DNA from: Terrimicrobiaceae bacterium
GTDB lineage: Bacteria; Verrucomicrobiota; Verrucomicrobiia; Chthoniobacterales; Terrimicrobiaceae
Reading direction: 5' to 3'
Assembly: GCA_041752695.1 (NCBI GenBank)
Contig: JBGSVZ010000101.1
Coordinates: 1-64,000, forward strand
Length of the DNA stretch: 64,000 nucleotides
Position numbers and translations under genes: made by a program
The notes under the pieces: generated by a model
Told to the model about the DNA's origin: nothing
Database searches by the model: none
Seen by the model: the letters and a program-made list of their open reading frames with translations, nothing else
Shown: in pieces, positions 47,565 through 57,445 of the stretch
How positions within the stretch are numbered: the stretch's first letter is position 1
Layout of the letters: the number at the start of each line of letters is the position of its first letter

Positions 47565-49037
47565 CTACTTGGTGGCGGGAGGGAAGTCAAGAGTAGGCGT
47601 GGTTCCCGGTCGGGCCAGCGAGTTTCGGTCGGATTCGGCGTAAAACTCCGAGTCAAAATCGAGGACCTTGCCTCCGGGCGATTCGGTGATCGGTTCCCCG
47701 CCGCTCACGGTGAGGGGTAGGCCCTCCGCCACTCGCGCCCAAGCCTCCTGCAGGCGCGAGGCAAACTCTGGCGGCAGGGGGCCGGTGGTTTGCACGCGTA
47801 CGGCGAAGCGATTGTTGCGGTCCTGGTAAATCTGGTGACGCCGAAGGGTACGGGTTAGTTCCCGCGGCATGGCCGCCAGCGCATCGCCCAGGACGGAGAC
47901 GCGCTGGCGCGTTCCCTCGGGCAATCCCGCGTAGCGGCGGAAACGTCCGGCAATTTCGCCAAAGGACGGCAGCGTTCGTCCGCAGGAACAGGGGCCTTCC
48001 ACCGCCTGGGCGATGTCGCCCGTGTCGTAGCGGATCAGCGGCATGGCCAGATTCTGGAGGCTGGTCACGAGGAGGTGCCCGGTTTTTGCCGGCAGACACG
48101 GTTGTCCGGTCTCGTCTGCGATTTCCACAAGGCAATGCTCGGTGTTCACATGATATCGTCCCGCTCCGCAGCGAATGGCCACGAGGCCCAACTCGTTGAG
48201 TCCGTAATTTTGTTCGAAGGGCACTTGGTAGGTTTTCTCAATATGGGCCCGCATTGCCGGGGTGGCGGTGGCACCGATGCCCAGCAGGGACTTCAGGCTG
48301 TCCACCGGCGGCGTGCCTTCGCAAGCGAGACTGAGTTCTTCAAAGACACCCGGGTATGCGAGCAGATAGTCGGGACGGAAACGGCGCAGCCATGCGACCT
48401 GTTTTTCCGCCGGATTTTTTGTGCTGAAGCTCAATTCCGGCCCGGTCTCAAAATGCCTCCCGAGGTAGAGCCAGCAAGGACGGCGCAGCGCCGAGCCCGG
48501 GGGGAGGGCCTTTCCCGCACTCAGCGGCATGGTGGAGGGAAGGCGGATCTTCGCGAAACGCCCTGCCGGATCGTAGCGAAACCAGCGCGCTTGGCGGTGC
48601 CACAAAAGCCCGAACATCTGCGTGCCCGAACGCGACATCAGGACTGTGACGGGCGTGCCGGTGGTTCCCGTGGATTTTGCAGTGATGGGGGGCCCTTCGC
48701 CGGGAGGAAGCCAGTCGGACTTCAACGCCTTGGCGTGTTTCACCACGTCCGCCTTCGTCAAAACGGGCAACCGCGGAAGATCCGTTACGCCGCGAATCTC
48801 CCCAGGCTCCAGCGATTGGGCTTGAAAGAGTTCGCGGTAGTAGGCCACGTGGCGGTGGGCGAATTCCAGCATCCGTCCCAACGCGGTAGCCTGTCCGGCC
48901 TTATGCTCACCGGAGGAAAGAAACTCCCGCCGGACGAAACGCTCAAAAATTCCCAGATCCGTTTCTGCCGAACGCGGCCGCCACAGCGCCAGTTCGGCGA
49001 GTTCTTCCTGCAGACAGGTGGTGTCGGTGGTGCGCAT
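47565..49037 (-). CDS. Phenylacetate-CoA ligase-like (PaaK/CapK) adenylate-forming enzyme
   Basis: LPVLTK, STGTTGTP, YGLNE, MPLIRYDTGD and CSCGR. Confidence 0.85.
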   Translation of the reverse strand: MRTTDTTCLQEELAELALWRPRSAETDLGIFERFVRREFLSSGEHKAGQATALGRMLEFAHRHVAYYRELFQAQSLEPGEIRGVTDLPRLPVLTKADVVKHAKALKSDWLPPGEGPPITAKSTGTTGTPVTVLMSRSGTQMFGLLWHRQARWFRYDPAGRFAKIRLPSTMPLSAGKALPPGSALRRPCWLYLGRHFETGPELSFSTKNPAEKQVAWLRRFRPDYLLAYPGVFEELSLACEGTPPVDSLKSLLGIGATATPAMRAHIEKTYQVPFEQNYGLNELGLVAIRCGAGRYHVNTEHCLVEIADETGQPCLPAKTGHLLVTSLQNLAMPLIRYDTGDIAQAVEGPCSCGRTLPSFGEIAGRFRRYAGLPEGTRQRVSVLGDALAAMPRELTRTLRRHQIYQDRNNRFAVRVQTTGPLPPEFASRLQEAWARVAEGLPLTVSGGEPITESPGGKVLDFDSEFYAESDRNSLARPGTTPTLDFPPATK

Positions 49038-49184
49038 GGGGCAGCGGGGCCTGATGATTTTGCCGCACGGTAGCCCGGCGGCGGGTTCTGGCAAGGTCAA
49101 GACGGGTTGCGGATGGTCCGGTGGTCCTGATCGTCGGGCTCGGCAACGACTCTGCAAATCCTCACCGGGGGACGGAAAAGATTT

Positions 49185-49204
49185 AGAGTCCAGCCTTTAG
49201 GCTG
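49185..49204 (+). repeat. GGAG-type REP element overlapping the coaB-like stop codon
   Basis: AGAGTCCAGCCTTTAGGCTG; TTA at 49197-49199 is the stop of the minus-strand gene. Confidence 0.8.
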
Positions 49205-49823
49205 TCTGCTCCGCCGCCCACCTTGCCAGGAACGCGCACAGTCCCGGCCGTGTCGCGTGGTGGTTCACGGAGTCGTTTTCCAGTACGCCGAGTCCGCCAC
49301 CGTAGGCCGGGCCATTGACCACACAGGCGGAGGTGTTGCATTTGGCGATCTGATGCCGTCCGCGTTCGATGGCGTCCTGGCGGCTGCCGTCCACTTCATA
49401 TTTCCAACCGACGATCACGGCTTCGGGAAAAAGGGGACGCAGGAGCGGAAGCACTTTCGCGGCGGGTTTTAGCACGAGACGCAATTCGGGCGTGTCGCTG
49501 CGGATTTTTCCTGCCGCCAGCGAATCCTGCACCACGGTGAAGTCACACAATGCCGCCGCATGAAAAATGACCTGCGGAGGTTCGATGCCCTCCAGAATTT
49601 CGATGAGCGATCCATTTGTGTGGAACGACCGGACCTGCACGCCGACCGGAGCGGGATGGGTTGCCATGGTACCGCGCAGGCAAGTCACGGCAAAACCGGC
49701 CGCCGCCAGAGCCTCGCTGAGCATGGTTCCGAGTTCGCCGGTGGAATGATTGGTGATGCAACGCACGGCATCAATCGGTTCGTAGGCGGGACCGCAGGTG
49801 ACGAGAGCGGCGGGAACGGGCAT
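49197..49823 (-). CDS. Phosphopantothenoylcysteine synthetase-like (standalone CoaB/DFP domain)
   Basis: TCGP.YEPIDAVR.ITNHSTG, HAAALCDF, GKI.S and VGWKYE. Confidence 0.85.
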   Translation of the reverse strand: MPVPAALVTCGPAYEPIDAVRCITNHSTGELGTMLSEALAAAGFAVTCLRGTMATHPAPVGVQVRSFHTNGSLIEILEGIEPPQVIFHAAALCDFTVVQDSLAAGKIRSDTPELRLVLKPAAKVLPLLRPLFPEAVIVGWKYEVDGSRQDAIERGRHQIAKCNTSACVVNGPAYGGGLGVLENDSVNHHATRPGLCAFLARWAAEQTA

Positions 49824-49901
49824 GGCGTGAGATAACCCGCTTCCCCGCCCGCCCTCAACTCCGAAGTGACAGCGCCCGCCCCGACTGCTTAAAGTTGGCT
49901 G

Positions 49902-51344
49902 ATGAACATCCTCATGGCTTCTGCGGAAATGTCGCCCTTTCTTCGCAACGGAGAACTGGGTGACGCCGTGGCGAATCTCTCCGGCGAACTCCGTCGCCTG
50001 GGCCACGAAGTCAGCGTCGTCGTGCCCTGCTACCGCGCCATCCGCGAAGGGAAAACCAAACTGAAAAAGACCGGCGTCAAGTTTAGCGTCAATGTTGGTG
50101 CCGGCCGCTATCCGTGCGAAATTTTCGAAATGAAATCCCCGGACGGCGTGCAGGTTTTCCTGGTCTCGCGGGACGAATATTTCGACCGCTCCGGTGTTTA
50201 CGGTGTGGACGGTCGCGACTACCAGGACAATGCCGCGCGATTCATATTTTTCACGAAATGCGCCATAGAACTCGCCCGCCGGATGGAGCCCGTGCCGGAC
50301 ATTTTTCACGCCCATAGTTGGGAAACCGCCCTCGCGCCCGTCTTCTGCCGCGACCAGCGTCTGCCCTTCCGCACGGTCCTGACGCCGCACGGGCTCGAAT
50401 ATCAGGGCAATTTCTGGAGCTACGACTTCTCGCTCACCAACCTTCCCGGCGAATATTTTGGCGCCCGCGGCGTGGAATATTTTGGCAGCATGAATTGCCT
50501 CAAAGGAGGGATCCTCTACGCCGACGCGGTCGTCCTTCCCGGGGAGCGTTTTGTTGGCGAAGCGCAGACGCCGCTCGGCGGTTGCGGACTCGACCCCGTC
50601 CTGCGCGAGCACCAGCACAAACTCTTTGGCATTCCCACGCCCGCGGGCCTCGACGAGTGGCTCCCCGCCACCGACGCCACGCTCACCGATAAATACAGCG
50701 CCGCTCAGCCGGAGAACCGCGCCAAAAACCGCCCCGTGGCCCTCCAAGCCTTCGCGCTTGATGCCGAGCCTGCGCGCGCCGTCTTTCTGGCTTTCGCTGA
50801 TGCCAGTCCCGGTACGGACTTGCTGCTGGCGTCCCTGGACCGGTTGTTAGCCGACAATTGCCGCCTCATTCTTCTCGGCGCTGTTGATGCCGCGCTTACC
50901 GTGGAATTGGAAGTTGCACGTCGTAAACACCGCGGCCGTTTTACTCATCTCGCGGACTTCGATGACGCGCTGGCCCGGAAAGCCCTGGCGGGGGCAGACG
51001 TTTTGCTGCTGCCGGGTCCCGTGGAACCCCGAGCCGTCTGGCTGCGCCGCGCCATCCGCTACGGTGTCGTTCCCGCTGCGTTGCAATGCGACGGACTGTT
51101 CCAACTCGTCCGTGACTGGGAACCATCCCGATCAGCGGGCAATGGTTTCGTCTTCCGCGCCGCCACTGCCGACGGTTTGCTCGACATCAGTCGCCGCGCC
51201 ATCAACGCCCTCGACGATTCCTCGCAAAACGCAGCGCTGCTGACCGCCAATCTCGCCACCGACTTCTCCCCCGAGGCCTCGGCCCGGGCGCATCTGGCGC
51301 TCTACACACGGCTGCTGGGTGGAAAAACGTCGAAGGCAGCGTAG
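49902..51344 (+). CDS. Glycogen synthase (GT5) homologue with degenerate catalytic motifs
   Basis: ASAEMSP, RLGHEV.VVVP.Y, DNAARF.FF, HAHSWET and YQG; the KxGG, RxxxQKG and EPCGL motifs are altered. Confidence 0.85.
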   Translation: MNILMASAEMSPFLRNGELGDAVANLSGELRRLGHEVSVVVPCYRAIREGKTKLKKTGVKFSVNVGAGRYPCEIFEMKSPDGVQVFLVSRDEYFDRSGVYGVDGRDYQDNAARFIFFTKCAIELARRMEPVPDIFHAHSWETALAPVFCRDQRLPFRTVLTPHGLEYQGNFWSYDFSLTNLPGEYFGARGVEYFGSMNCLKGGILYADAVVLPGERFVGEAQTPLGGCGLDPVLREHQHKLFGIPTPAGLDEWLPATDATLTDKYSAAQPENRAKNRPVALQAFALDAEPARAVFLAFADASPGTDLLLASLDRLLADNCRLILLGAVDAALTVELEVARRKHRGRFTHLADFDDALARKALAGADVLLLPGPVEPRAVWLRRAIRYGVVPAALQCDGLFQLVRDWEPSRSAGNGFVFRAATADGLLDISRRAINALDDSSQNAALLTANLATDFSPEASARAHLALYTRLLGGKTSKAA

Positions 51345-51442
51345 GTCGCGATGCAAATGAGATAATTTTGCCCTCCGCCGACGAACCAACGCAGTTGGCC
51401 GGGTCGACCGAAATGGAGCCCGTCCTTGGGATAATGCGGGGA

Positions 51443-51462
51443 CAGCCTAAAGGCTGGACTCC
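51443..51462 (-). repeat. GGAG-type REP element
   Basis: CAGCCTAAAGGCTGGACTCC. Confidence 0.85.
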
Positions 51463-51492
51463 AACCTTTTGCCCGGTGATGTTTCGGAGGTC

Positions 51493-52842
51493 ATGCTGCC
51501 GCAGTTGATTTCCGAGATTCCCGGTCCGCGATCCCGGGCCTGCGCGGAAAAATTGCGCGCTTACGAAGCCCGCGGGGTGACTTGGATGGCGGCGGATTTT
51601 CCGGTGTTTTGGGAACGCGGGGAGGGGACGAATGTTTGGGACGTGGATGGGAATCGGTTTTTGGATCTCACGGCGGCGTTTGCGGTGAGTGGCCTGGGGC
51701 ACGGAGCGCGGGTTTTGCAGGATGCGGTGCAAGGACAAGCCCGGCAGCTGCTGCACGCCATGGGGGATGTGCATCCGGCGGCGGGGAAGGCGGAACTTTG
51801 CGAAGCCCTGAGCGCGATCACGTTTGAGCGCTGGGGGGCGGGGACGGGGCGGACCTTTTTGGGCAACTCGGGATCCGAGGCTGTCGAGGCGGCCCTCAAG
51901 ACTGCTCTGCTGGGGACGGGCAAACCGGGAGTGATTTCTTTTGAAGGCGGGTATCATGGGCTGGGGCATGGTGCGCTGGAAACGAGCGGACTGCCGTATT
52001 TTCGCGAACCATTCGAAGCCCAGCTTGGGAGGTTTGGGGTGAAGGTGCCTTATCCCCGGCGGACGGAGGATCTCGCCGGCGTCGAAGAGGCCCTGGAGGG
52101 CGCGTTCAGGCAGCAGAACATGGGGTGTGTCTTGGTCGAGCCGGTGCAGGGACGGGGCGGGGAGATCATTCCGCCGATGGCGTTTTTGCCGATGCTCCGC
52201 CATCTCTGCGATGCGCATGGCGTGGTGCTGGTGCTCGACGAGATCTACACGGGTTTTCATCGCACCGGGCGATTTTTTGCCTGTGAACACTCCGGCGTGG
52301 TGCCCGACATGATTTGCCTCGGCAAGGGGCTGAGCGGGGGATTTCCCATTTCGGCCTGCGTGGGTAAAGCGGAGGTGATGGACGCCTGGCCGCTTTCGCA
52401 GGGCGAGGCCCTGCACACGAGTACCACACTGGGCAATCCGCTCGGCTGCGCAATGGCTCTGGCCTCCATTGCCGAACACCGCAAGCCGGAAACCGCGGAA
52501 AAGGCGCGGAGCGCAGGACGGAGGCTGGAAAGCGCGTTGAGGGAAATTTCGTCTCCACGCATTGCGGAGGTGCGCGGGCTCGGGGCCATGCTGGGCGTGG
52601 AGTTGGTGCGGGAAGATGGTTCTCCCGACGGCGGGCTGGCGGGGGCCATCATGCGTTGGGGGCTGCGGGATGGGTTGATTTTGCTGGGTGGCGGGCCTGC
52701 GGGAAATGTGCTGTCGTTTTCCCCACCGTTTGGAATTACTGATGAGGAAATCGCCTTTCTCATCGAAAAGCTGCGGGACTACTTCGCAAGCCCGGTCTAT
52801 GACGGGCCGGGAACGGTGAAGCTGGCTGAAACCCCATTATGA
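51493..52842 (+). CDS. Class III PLP-dependent aminotransferase (GabT/ArgD-like)
   Basis: WDVDGNRFLD, NSGSEAVE, YHG, EPVQG.GG, DEIYTGFHRTG and GKGLSGG. Confidence 0.92.
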   Translation: MLPQLISEIPGPRSRACAEKLRAYEARGVTWMAADFPVFWERGEGTNVWDVDGNRFLDLTAAFAVSGLGHGARVLQDAVQGQARQLLHAMGDVHPAAGKAELCEALSAITFERWGAGTGRTFLGNSGSEAVEAALKTALLGTGKPGVISFEGGYHGLGHGALETSGLPYFREPFEAQLGRFGVKVPYPRRTEDLAGVEEALEGAFRQQNMGCVLVEPVQGRGGEIIPPMAFLPMLRHLCDAHGVVLVLDEIYTGFHRTGRFFACEHSGVVPDMICLGKGLSGGFPISACVGKAEVMDAWPLSQGEALHTSTTLGNPLGCAMALASIAEHRKPETAEKARSAGRRLESALREISSPRIAEVRGLGAMLGVELVREDGSPDGGLAGAIMRWGLRDGLILLGGGPAGNVLSFSPPFGITDEEIAFLIEKLRDYFASPVYDGPGTVKLAETPL

Positions 52843-53387
52843 AACTGCATTCCGAGATCGAACCCGAACTTGCTGATTGGATCGGGCACCAGAAGATTTT
52901 TTTTGTCGGCTCCGCGCCGCTTTCCGGCGACGGCCACGTCAATATCTCGCCGAAGGGCGGCGAGGCGTTTCGTGTGCTCGGACCGCTGGAGGTGGCGTAT
53001 CAGGACTACACCGGCAGCGGTGCGGAGACGGCGGCACATGTTCGCGAAAACGGTCGCATCGTGATCATGTTCTGCGCGTTTGAGGGTGGTCCGAAGATTG
53101 TGCGTCTGCATGGCAAGGCGGCGGTTTTATTGCCGGGCGATCCAGGCTTCGAGGAGTTGGCAGCGCACTTCCCGAACAACCCCGGGACGAGGGCGATCTT
53201 TCATCTGGCGGTCGAGCGGGTGACGGACTCCTGTGGATACTCGGTGCCCTTTTACGATTTCAAAGAACCGCGTGCCTCGCTCGACAAGTGGGCGGCGAAT
53301 CAAGGCCCGGAAAAAATGGCCGAATACCGCGCGAAGAAGAACGTGCGAAGCATTGACGGTCTGCCGGCGTTTGATTTGCCAGAGTGA
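52839..53387 (+). CDS. Pyridoxamine 5'-phosphate oxidase-related FMN-binding protein
   Basis: NISPKG, DYTGSG.ET.AH..ENGR..IMFCAF and SCGY.VP. Confidence 0.88.
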   Translation: MKLHSEIEPELADWIGHQKIFFVGSAPLSGDGHVNISPKGGEAFRVLGPLEVAYQDYTGSGAETAAHVRENGRIVIMFCAFEGGPKIVRLHGKAAVLLPGDPGFEELAAHFPNNPGTRAIFHLAVERVTDSCGYSVPFYDFKEPRASLDKWAANQGPEKMAEYRAKKNVRSIDGLPAFDLPE

Positions 53388-53423
53388 CGCCTGCTTATCC
53401 GCACCGCTTGCGGATTTTTTTCC

Positions 53424-53741
53424 TCAGGAGTAGCGGACGTCCTTGCCCGGCTCCATTTCGAAGTCATACATCACGTGGTCCGTGATGTTGGGCAAGGCCA
53501 CCTCTTCACGGTATTTGATGTGGACGGGGTGGGACATATAGAGCGCGAGTTTTTCTGTGCATTCGAATTCGAGCGACAAGAAAAACGGCCACTCCTGCTG
53601 GTCGGTGATGCGTTTGCCGCAGCGGACGGCGAGAACTTCGGGAATCTTGAGCAATTGCATGCGCGTCTCGCGCATCATCCACTCGATCTTCTCATCATCC
53701 ACATCGGGTTTGAGCTTGAACAGGACAAGATGATGGATCAT
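53424..53741 (-). CDS. Dabb family stress-responsive alpha/beta barrel protein
   Basis: MIHHLVLFKLK, IP.V, Y..HP.H and DF. Confidence 0.85.
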   Translation of the reverse strand: MIHHLVLFKLKPDVDDEKIEWMMRETRMQLLKIPEVLAVRCGKRITDQQEWPFFLSLEFECTEKLALYMSHPVHIKYREEVALPNITDHVMYDFEMEPGKDVRYS

Positions 53742-53744
53742 CGG

Positions 53745-54122
53745 CTAGCTTTTCCAGTCCAACGCGCCTTTTTTCACGGCATAAGCATAGCCGAAAAGCA
53801 GCAGGACAACGAAGCTGAACATGCTCAACAGGATGTTCCAGGGACCGAAGATTTCGATGAAGTCCCGAAAGACCACCGCCCACGGATACATGAAGACCAC
53901 CTCGATGTCGAAGAGGATGAAGAGCATGGCCACGAGGTAAAATTTGACGCTGAAACGCGGTTGCGGTCCGGCCTCGGGAATTACGCCGCATTCGTAGGCG
54001 GTGTCCTTGGTGGCGTTGCGGCGTCCCGCGCGACCGAGAAGAATATTGGCCAGAAGCGCCACAGTGGCGAAACCGATGGCGATGAGAATGTGGATAAAAA
54101 TCGGGATGTAATCCTGAAGCAT
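53745..54122 (-). CDS. nuoA: NADH-quinone oxidoreductase subunit A
   Basis: K...YECG, FYLVAMLFILFDIE..F.YPW and KGALDW. Confidence 0.95.
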   Translation of the reverse strand: MLQDYIPIFIHILIAIGFATVALLANILLGRAGRRNATKDTAYECGVIPEAGPQPRFSVKFYLVAMLFILFDIEVVFMYPWAVVFRDFIEIFGPWNILLSMFSFVVLLLFGYAYAVKKGALDWKS

Positions 54123-54170
54123 TGCCCTTTAGGAATACGCGGCGGTCGGGCCGCTCGGCAATCGCGAAAA

Positions 54171-56045
54171 TCAAGGGACGGCGGCGAGCGAACCCGGACG
54201 GTATTTCCAGACCGACTGGGTGAGCGTGGGATCGTAACCGGGGAGTCGCACCACCAATTCAAAATAACGGGCATCGTGGATGAACTTGCGGAGTTCCGGG
54301 TAGTCCACCGCCACCGCCAGATCGTTACCGGTGATGAGGAAGAGAGGTTTCTTCGCTTCGTCGGCAGCGCGGGCGAGACGGGTCATGGTGTCGACATCCT
54401 GGGCGCTCAAAATGTGAGGATCGTAAGATTTGACATTAACGCCGAGGGAAACGGTCATGATGTCAGCCTGACGCGGGTCGTTGGCATCCAACGACGGCCG
54501 CACGGTCAGGACCGATTCCCTGACCGATTGCAGGGAATGAGTAAGGAGCCAGTGGCGGGCGGGGTGGGTGAAGACCGCAAAAATGGCAATCCCTGCCGCC
54601 AGGAGGAGAGGCGTGGCGAAACGACTCCAAGTCGTGCGGGGCAGGTGTTGAAGGGGCCAGTCCACAGCAAGGGCCACGCAGGCACACAGCCCGGGCAGGG
54701 CAAAAATCAGATACCACTCGTAAAGATAGTTGTGATTGAGGCGGGCCATCCCATAGACGGCTAACGCGGGGAGGAGAAGGGTGACGGCGACGAGCCACCC
54801 GGCGGGACGTTCTGCGGCGAGCCGGAGGGCACCCACTGCCAACAGCAGGGCGGCTAGGACAAAAAGCGTCATTGTGAACCAGGGAAGGTTGCCTGTGAGC
54901 CAGAGCAGTTCGGGCGAGCCGGAGGCGGGGTTGTCCGAATTGTTCCAGGGAATCCCCGAGACCAAATGCGCTGCCATGTTCATGTGCCAGCGGGGGGTGA
55001 GGGAGCCGAGGGCCCGGTCGGTTTTCAGATATTCCGCGAGCTGGGGAATATTGGGAGCCATGAGTTGGAGCCAAACCATGCCGGACAGGGCGCTGGCCAC
55101 AAGAAGGCGCGGCAGGTGGAGGAGGCGATCGGAAGCAGGGTGGCGAAACCATAATGCGACCAGACCGCAAAAATTGGCCGCCACGAGCATGTACAGTGTG
55201 CCGGGATAGGCATAAAGCAGCAGGCCTTGGGAGGTGGCAAAACCCAACCACCACCGCCAGCGTCCGCTCGAAATGGCATTGAGCAGGCAAAGCACCATGT
55301 GGGGACCGAAAAGCAGGGTAAAAATGTAGCCCCGGAGCTCGATGGCGTAGCGAATGTGCCAAGGATGGAGAGCAAGAAGGAAAGCGGCCACCACTGCGGC
55401 GCGGGCAAAACCAAGGCGTCGCAAAAGCAGGGCTAGGGTGGCGATGGAGGCGATGGCCGCGATCAGGAGTGGCCACCGGAGGACGGGTTCGGTGAAAGGC
55501 AGACCCTGAGGTTTGACCACAGCGCTCCAGACCGAGAGGGACGCCTTGGAGATGATGGTCTGAAGGTGGTGGTTGGTCGGGAGTCGGTAGTTCCAGAAGG
55601 CGTCCTCCCAGTCAGCCTTCTTGAGCACAGGTTTTCCCGCGTTGTTGAGGCGGTATTCTCCGAGGATCACGCGACGCAGGCTGTTGGCCTCATCGTCCCA
55701 AACACTCTGCGATATACGTTGCAGGCCGCAGACCGCGGTGATGGCCATGGCGACCAGGACCAGCGGCCAGAACCAACGCGGAGTCGAGCGAACGGGCAAC
55801 CAGGATGCCGCTGGCGCAGGCAGGCGGAGGAACCACCACCGGGCTGTGGCGGCAAGGACGAGCAATACGCCGACATTGACCGCGCCGGCCCACCATTCTC
55901 CCATGGCGACATAGTGTTTGATCTTGGTCGGCTCGCCGATGTCCCACGGTTTTTTGGCAACGAGCAGCACGATAATGATGACCACGGCGGCTGCACCGCA
56001 GAGCAGACTCATCCAGGAGACGGAAGTGAGGCGGGGCGTCTTCAA
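54171..56045 (-). CDS. GT-C-type membrane glycosyltransferase
   Basis: SVWDDE, NHHL, E.VLR.P and HPWHIRY..ELRGY; many TM helices. Confidence 0.75.
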   Translation of the reverse strand: MKTPRLTSVSWMSLLCGAAAVVIIIVLLVAKKPWDIGEPTKIKHYVAMGEWWAGAVNVGVLLVLAATARWWFLRLPAPAASWLPVRSTPRWFWPLVLVAMAITAVCGLQRISQSVWDDEANSLRRVILGEYRLNNAGKPVLKKADWEDAFWNYRLPTNHHLQTIISKASLSVWSAVVKPQGLPFTEPVLRWPLLIAAIASIATLALLLRRLGFARAAVVAAFLLALHPWHIRYAIELRGYIFTLLFGPHMVLCLLNAISSGRWRWWLGFATSQGLLLYAYPGTLYMLVAANFCGLVALWFRHPASDRLLHLPRLLVASALSGMVWLQLMAPNIPQLAEYLKTDRALGSLTPRWHMNMAAHLVSGIPWNNSDNPASGSPELLWLTGNLPWFTMTLFVLAALLLAVGALRLAAERPAGWLVAVTLLLPALAVYGMARLNHNYLYEWYLIFALPGLCACVALAVDWPLQHLPRTTWSRFATPLLLAAGIAIFAVFTHPARHWLLTHSLQSVRESVLTVRPSLDANDPRQADIMTVSLGVNVKSYDPHILSAQDVDTMTRLARAADEAKKPLFLITGNDLAVAVDYPELRKFIHDARYFELVVRLPGYDPTLTQSVWKYRPGSLAAVP

Positions 56046-57445
56046 AACGCGTAGAGGACTTTTTCGAACGGCTCACCCATGGCCAGACTGATCACCCGCC
56101 AGACGAGCAGCCCGCAGAATACGCCCTGCACGGTGAGGAAAAGAATGTTGGCCACCCGGGAATTCGCGGCCGCCCGAAGTTGATCGGCCCCTTGCGCGAT
56201 CATCCAGAGCGTGGGCAGGAAAAGGGTGAGGATAAAACGATGGCCCGGTCCGGTCGGAAGGTACCAGCCCATGGCGAGAACATAGACCGCAAAGGTGGTG
56301 GCCCAGAGGAGCAAAGGCAGAGCCACCGGGCCGATTTTGGAAAGCCCACCGCCCACCGCTGCAAATCCCGCCATGGCCAGGGCAAGCACCGTCAGGCCGC
56401 CAATGTACATCCCGCGGTGGGGCAGCACCACCCGGCGGGGTTTGCCTTTTTTCTCCACGAGTTTTTTGCCTTCCGGATGGAAAAACTGACCAAGGCGGAC
56501 CAAGGCGCCATGGCGGGCCCGTTCGATGGCATCGCCCACACTGTGCCGTTTGAAATATCCGGCGACGGTGGGCTGCAGTTCCGGCGGAAGTTTGGCCAGC
56601 GTTTCCTTACGGCAATCGTAATAAATCCGCTTGCAGGTCTCCCAATCATCCGCCCAGAACCAGAAGCTCGGCAGGCTGTAGGTGGCGCTGCCCCAGGTGC
56701 GCTGGGCATGAAGCAACCGTGGGGCGATGAGCGTGCCGTAAATCGCTCCACAAAGCACAGCGCCAATGACGAGACGACGTGGCGACCAACCGGACGCCGC
56801 CAGCGGCCAGGGCAGCTGGGGAAAGCGGCTCAGGACCAGTCGGATGATCGTGAAGACGGCAAACAACCCGAGGAAAGGCGTGGCCGACGGTTTCGCCAGC
56901 CAGGTGAGGCCCGCGAGCAATCCCAGCAAGGCGTAGAGCCAGACCGGATTGTGGTTCAGCAACCGCATCGCGCAGGCGCAGACCAAGAGGAACAGGACGT
57001 AAAAAATAGCCTCCGCTCCAAAGAAGGTCGAGATGGGCAGCAGGACCGCGAGGGCAGCGAGGGTGGTCGCATTGAAGGCGGCCAGCGGTCCCATGCGGCG
57101 GGCGAAAAAGATCCCGAGTAACCCCGTGCCGCAAACGCCGAGCAGGACGTTCAGTTTTTTTCCTGCGACAAAAAAACCGGGATCTTGGGGGTTGTGGAAC
57201 CGGGAAGCGATCCAGGGGAAGAGCGGGTTCCGGGTGCCGTCCGTATACCACGGATGCCACGACTCCTTCATCTGCCGGGCCATGTGCGAATACGCGCTCT
57301 GGTCGAAATCGTCTTCGTTGGCGTTGGTCTCGTTGGTGATGCGGAAGCCGATAATCGCCAGAACAACACACAAAATCGCGATGGCCGCGGCATAGCCGAA
57401 GGCGGTGGCGGGACGCCAGGGACCGAGGAAATAACGTTCAGGCAC
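56042..57445 (-). CDS. Polytopic membrane protein, GT-C-like
   Basis: DQSAY...RNPLFP first loop, AE and L..LAKPS; overlaps both neighbours. Confidence 0.65.
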   Translation of the reverse strand: MPERYFLGPWRPATAFGYAAAIAILCVVLAIIGFRITNETNANEDDFDQSAYSHMARQMKESWHPWYTDGTRNPLFPWIASRFHNPQDPGFFVAGKKLNVLLGVCGTGLLGIFFARRMGPLAAFNATTLAALAVLLPISTFFGAEAIFYVLFLLVCACAMRLLNHNPVWLYALLGLLAGLTWLAKPSATPFLGLFAVFTIIRLVLSRFPQLPWPLAASGWSPRRLVIGAVLCGAIYGTLIAPRLLHAQRTWGSATYSLPSFWFWADDWETCKRIYYDCRKETLAKLPPELQPTVAGYFKRHSVGDAIERARHGALVRLGQFFHPEGKKLVEKKGKPRRVVLPHRGMYIGGLTVLALAMAGFAAVGGGLSKIGPVALPLLLWATTFAVYVLAMGWYLPTGPGHRFILTLFLPTLWMIAQGADQLRAAANSRVANILFLTVQGVFCGLLVWRVISLAMGEPFEKVLYAF

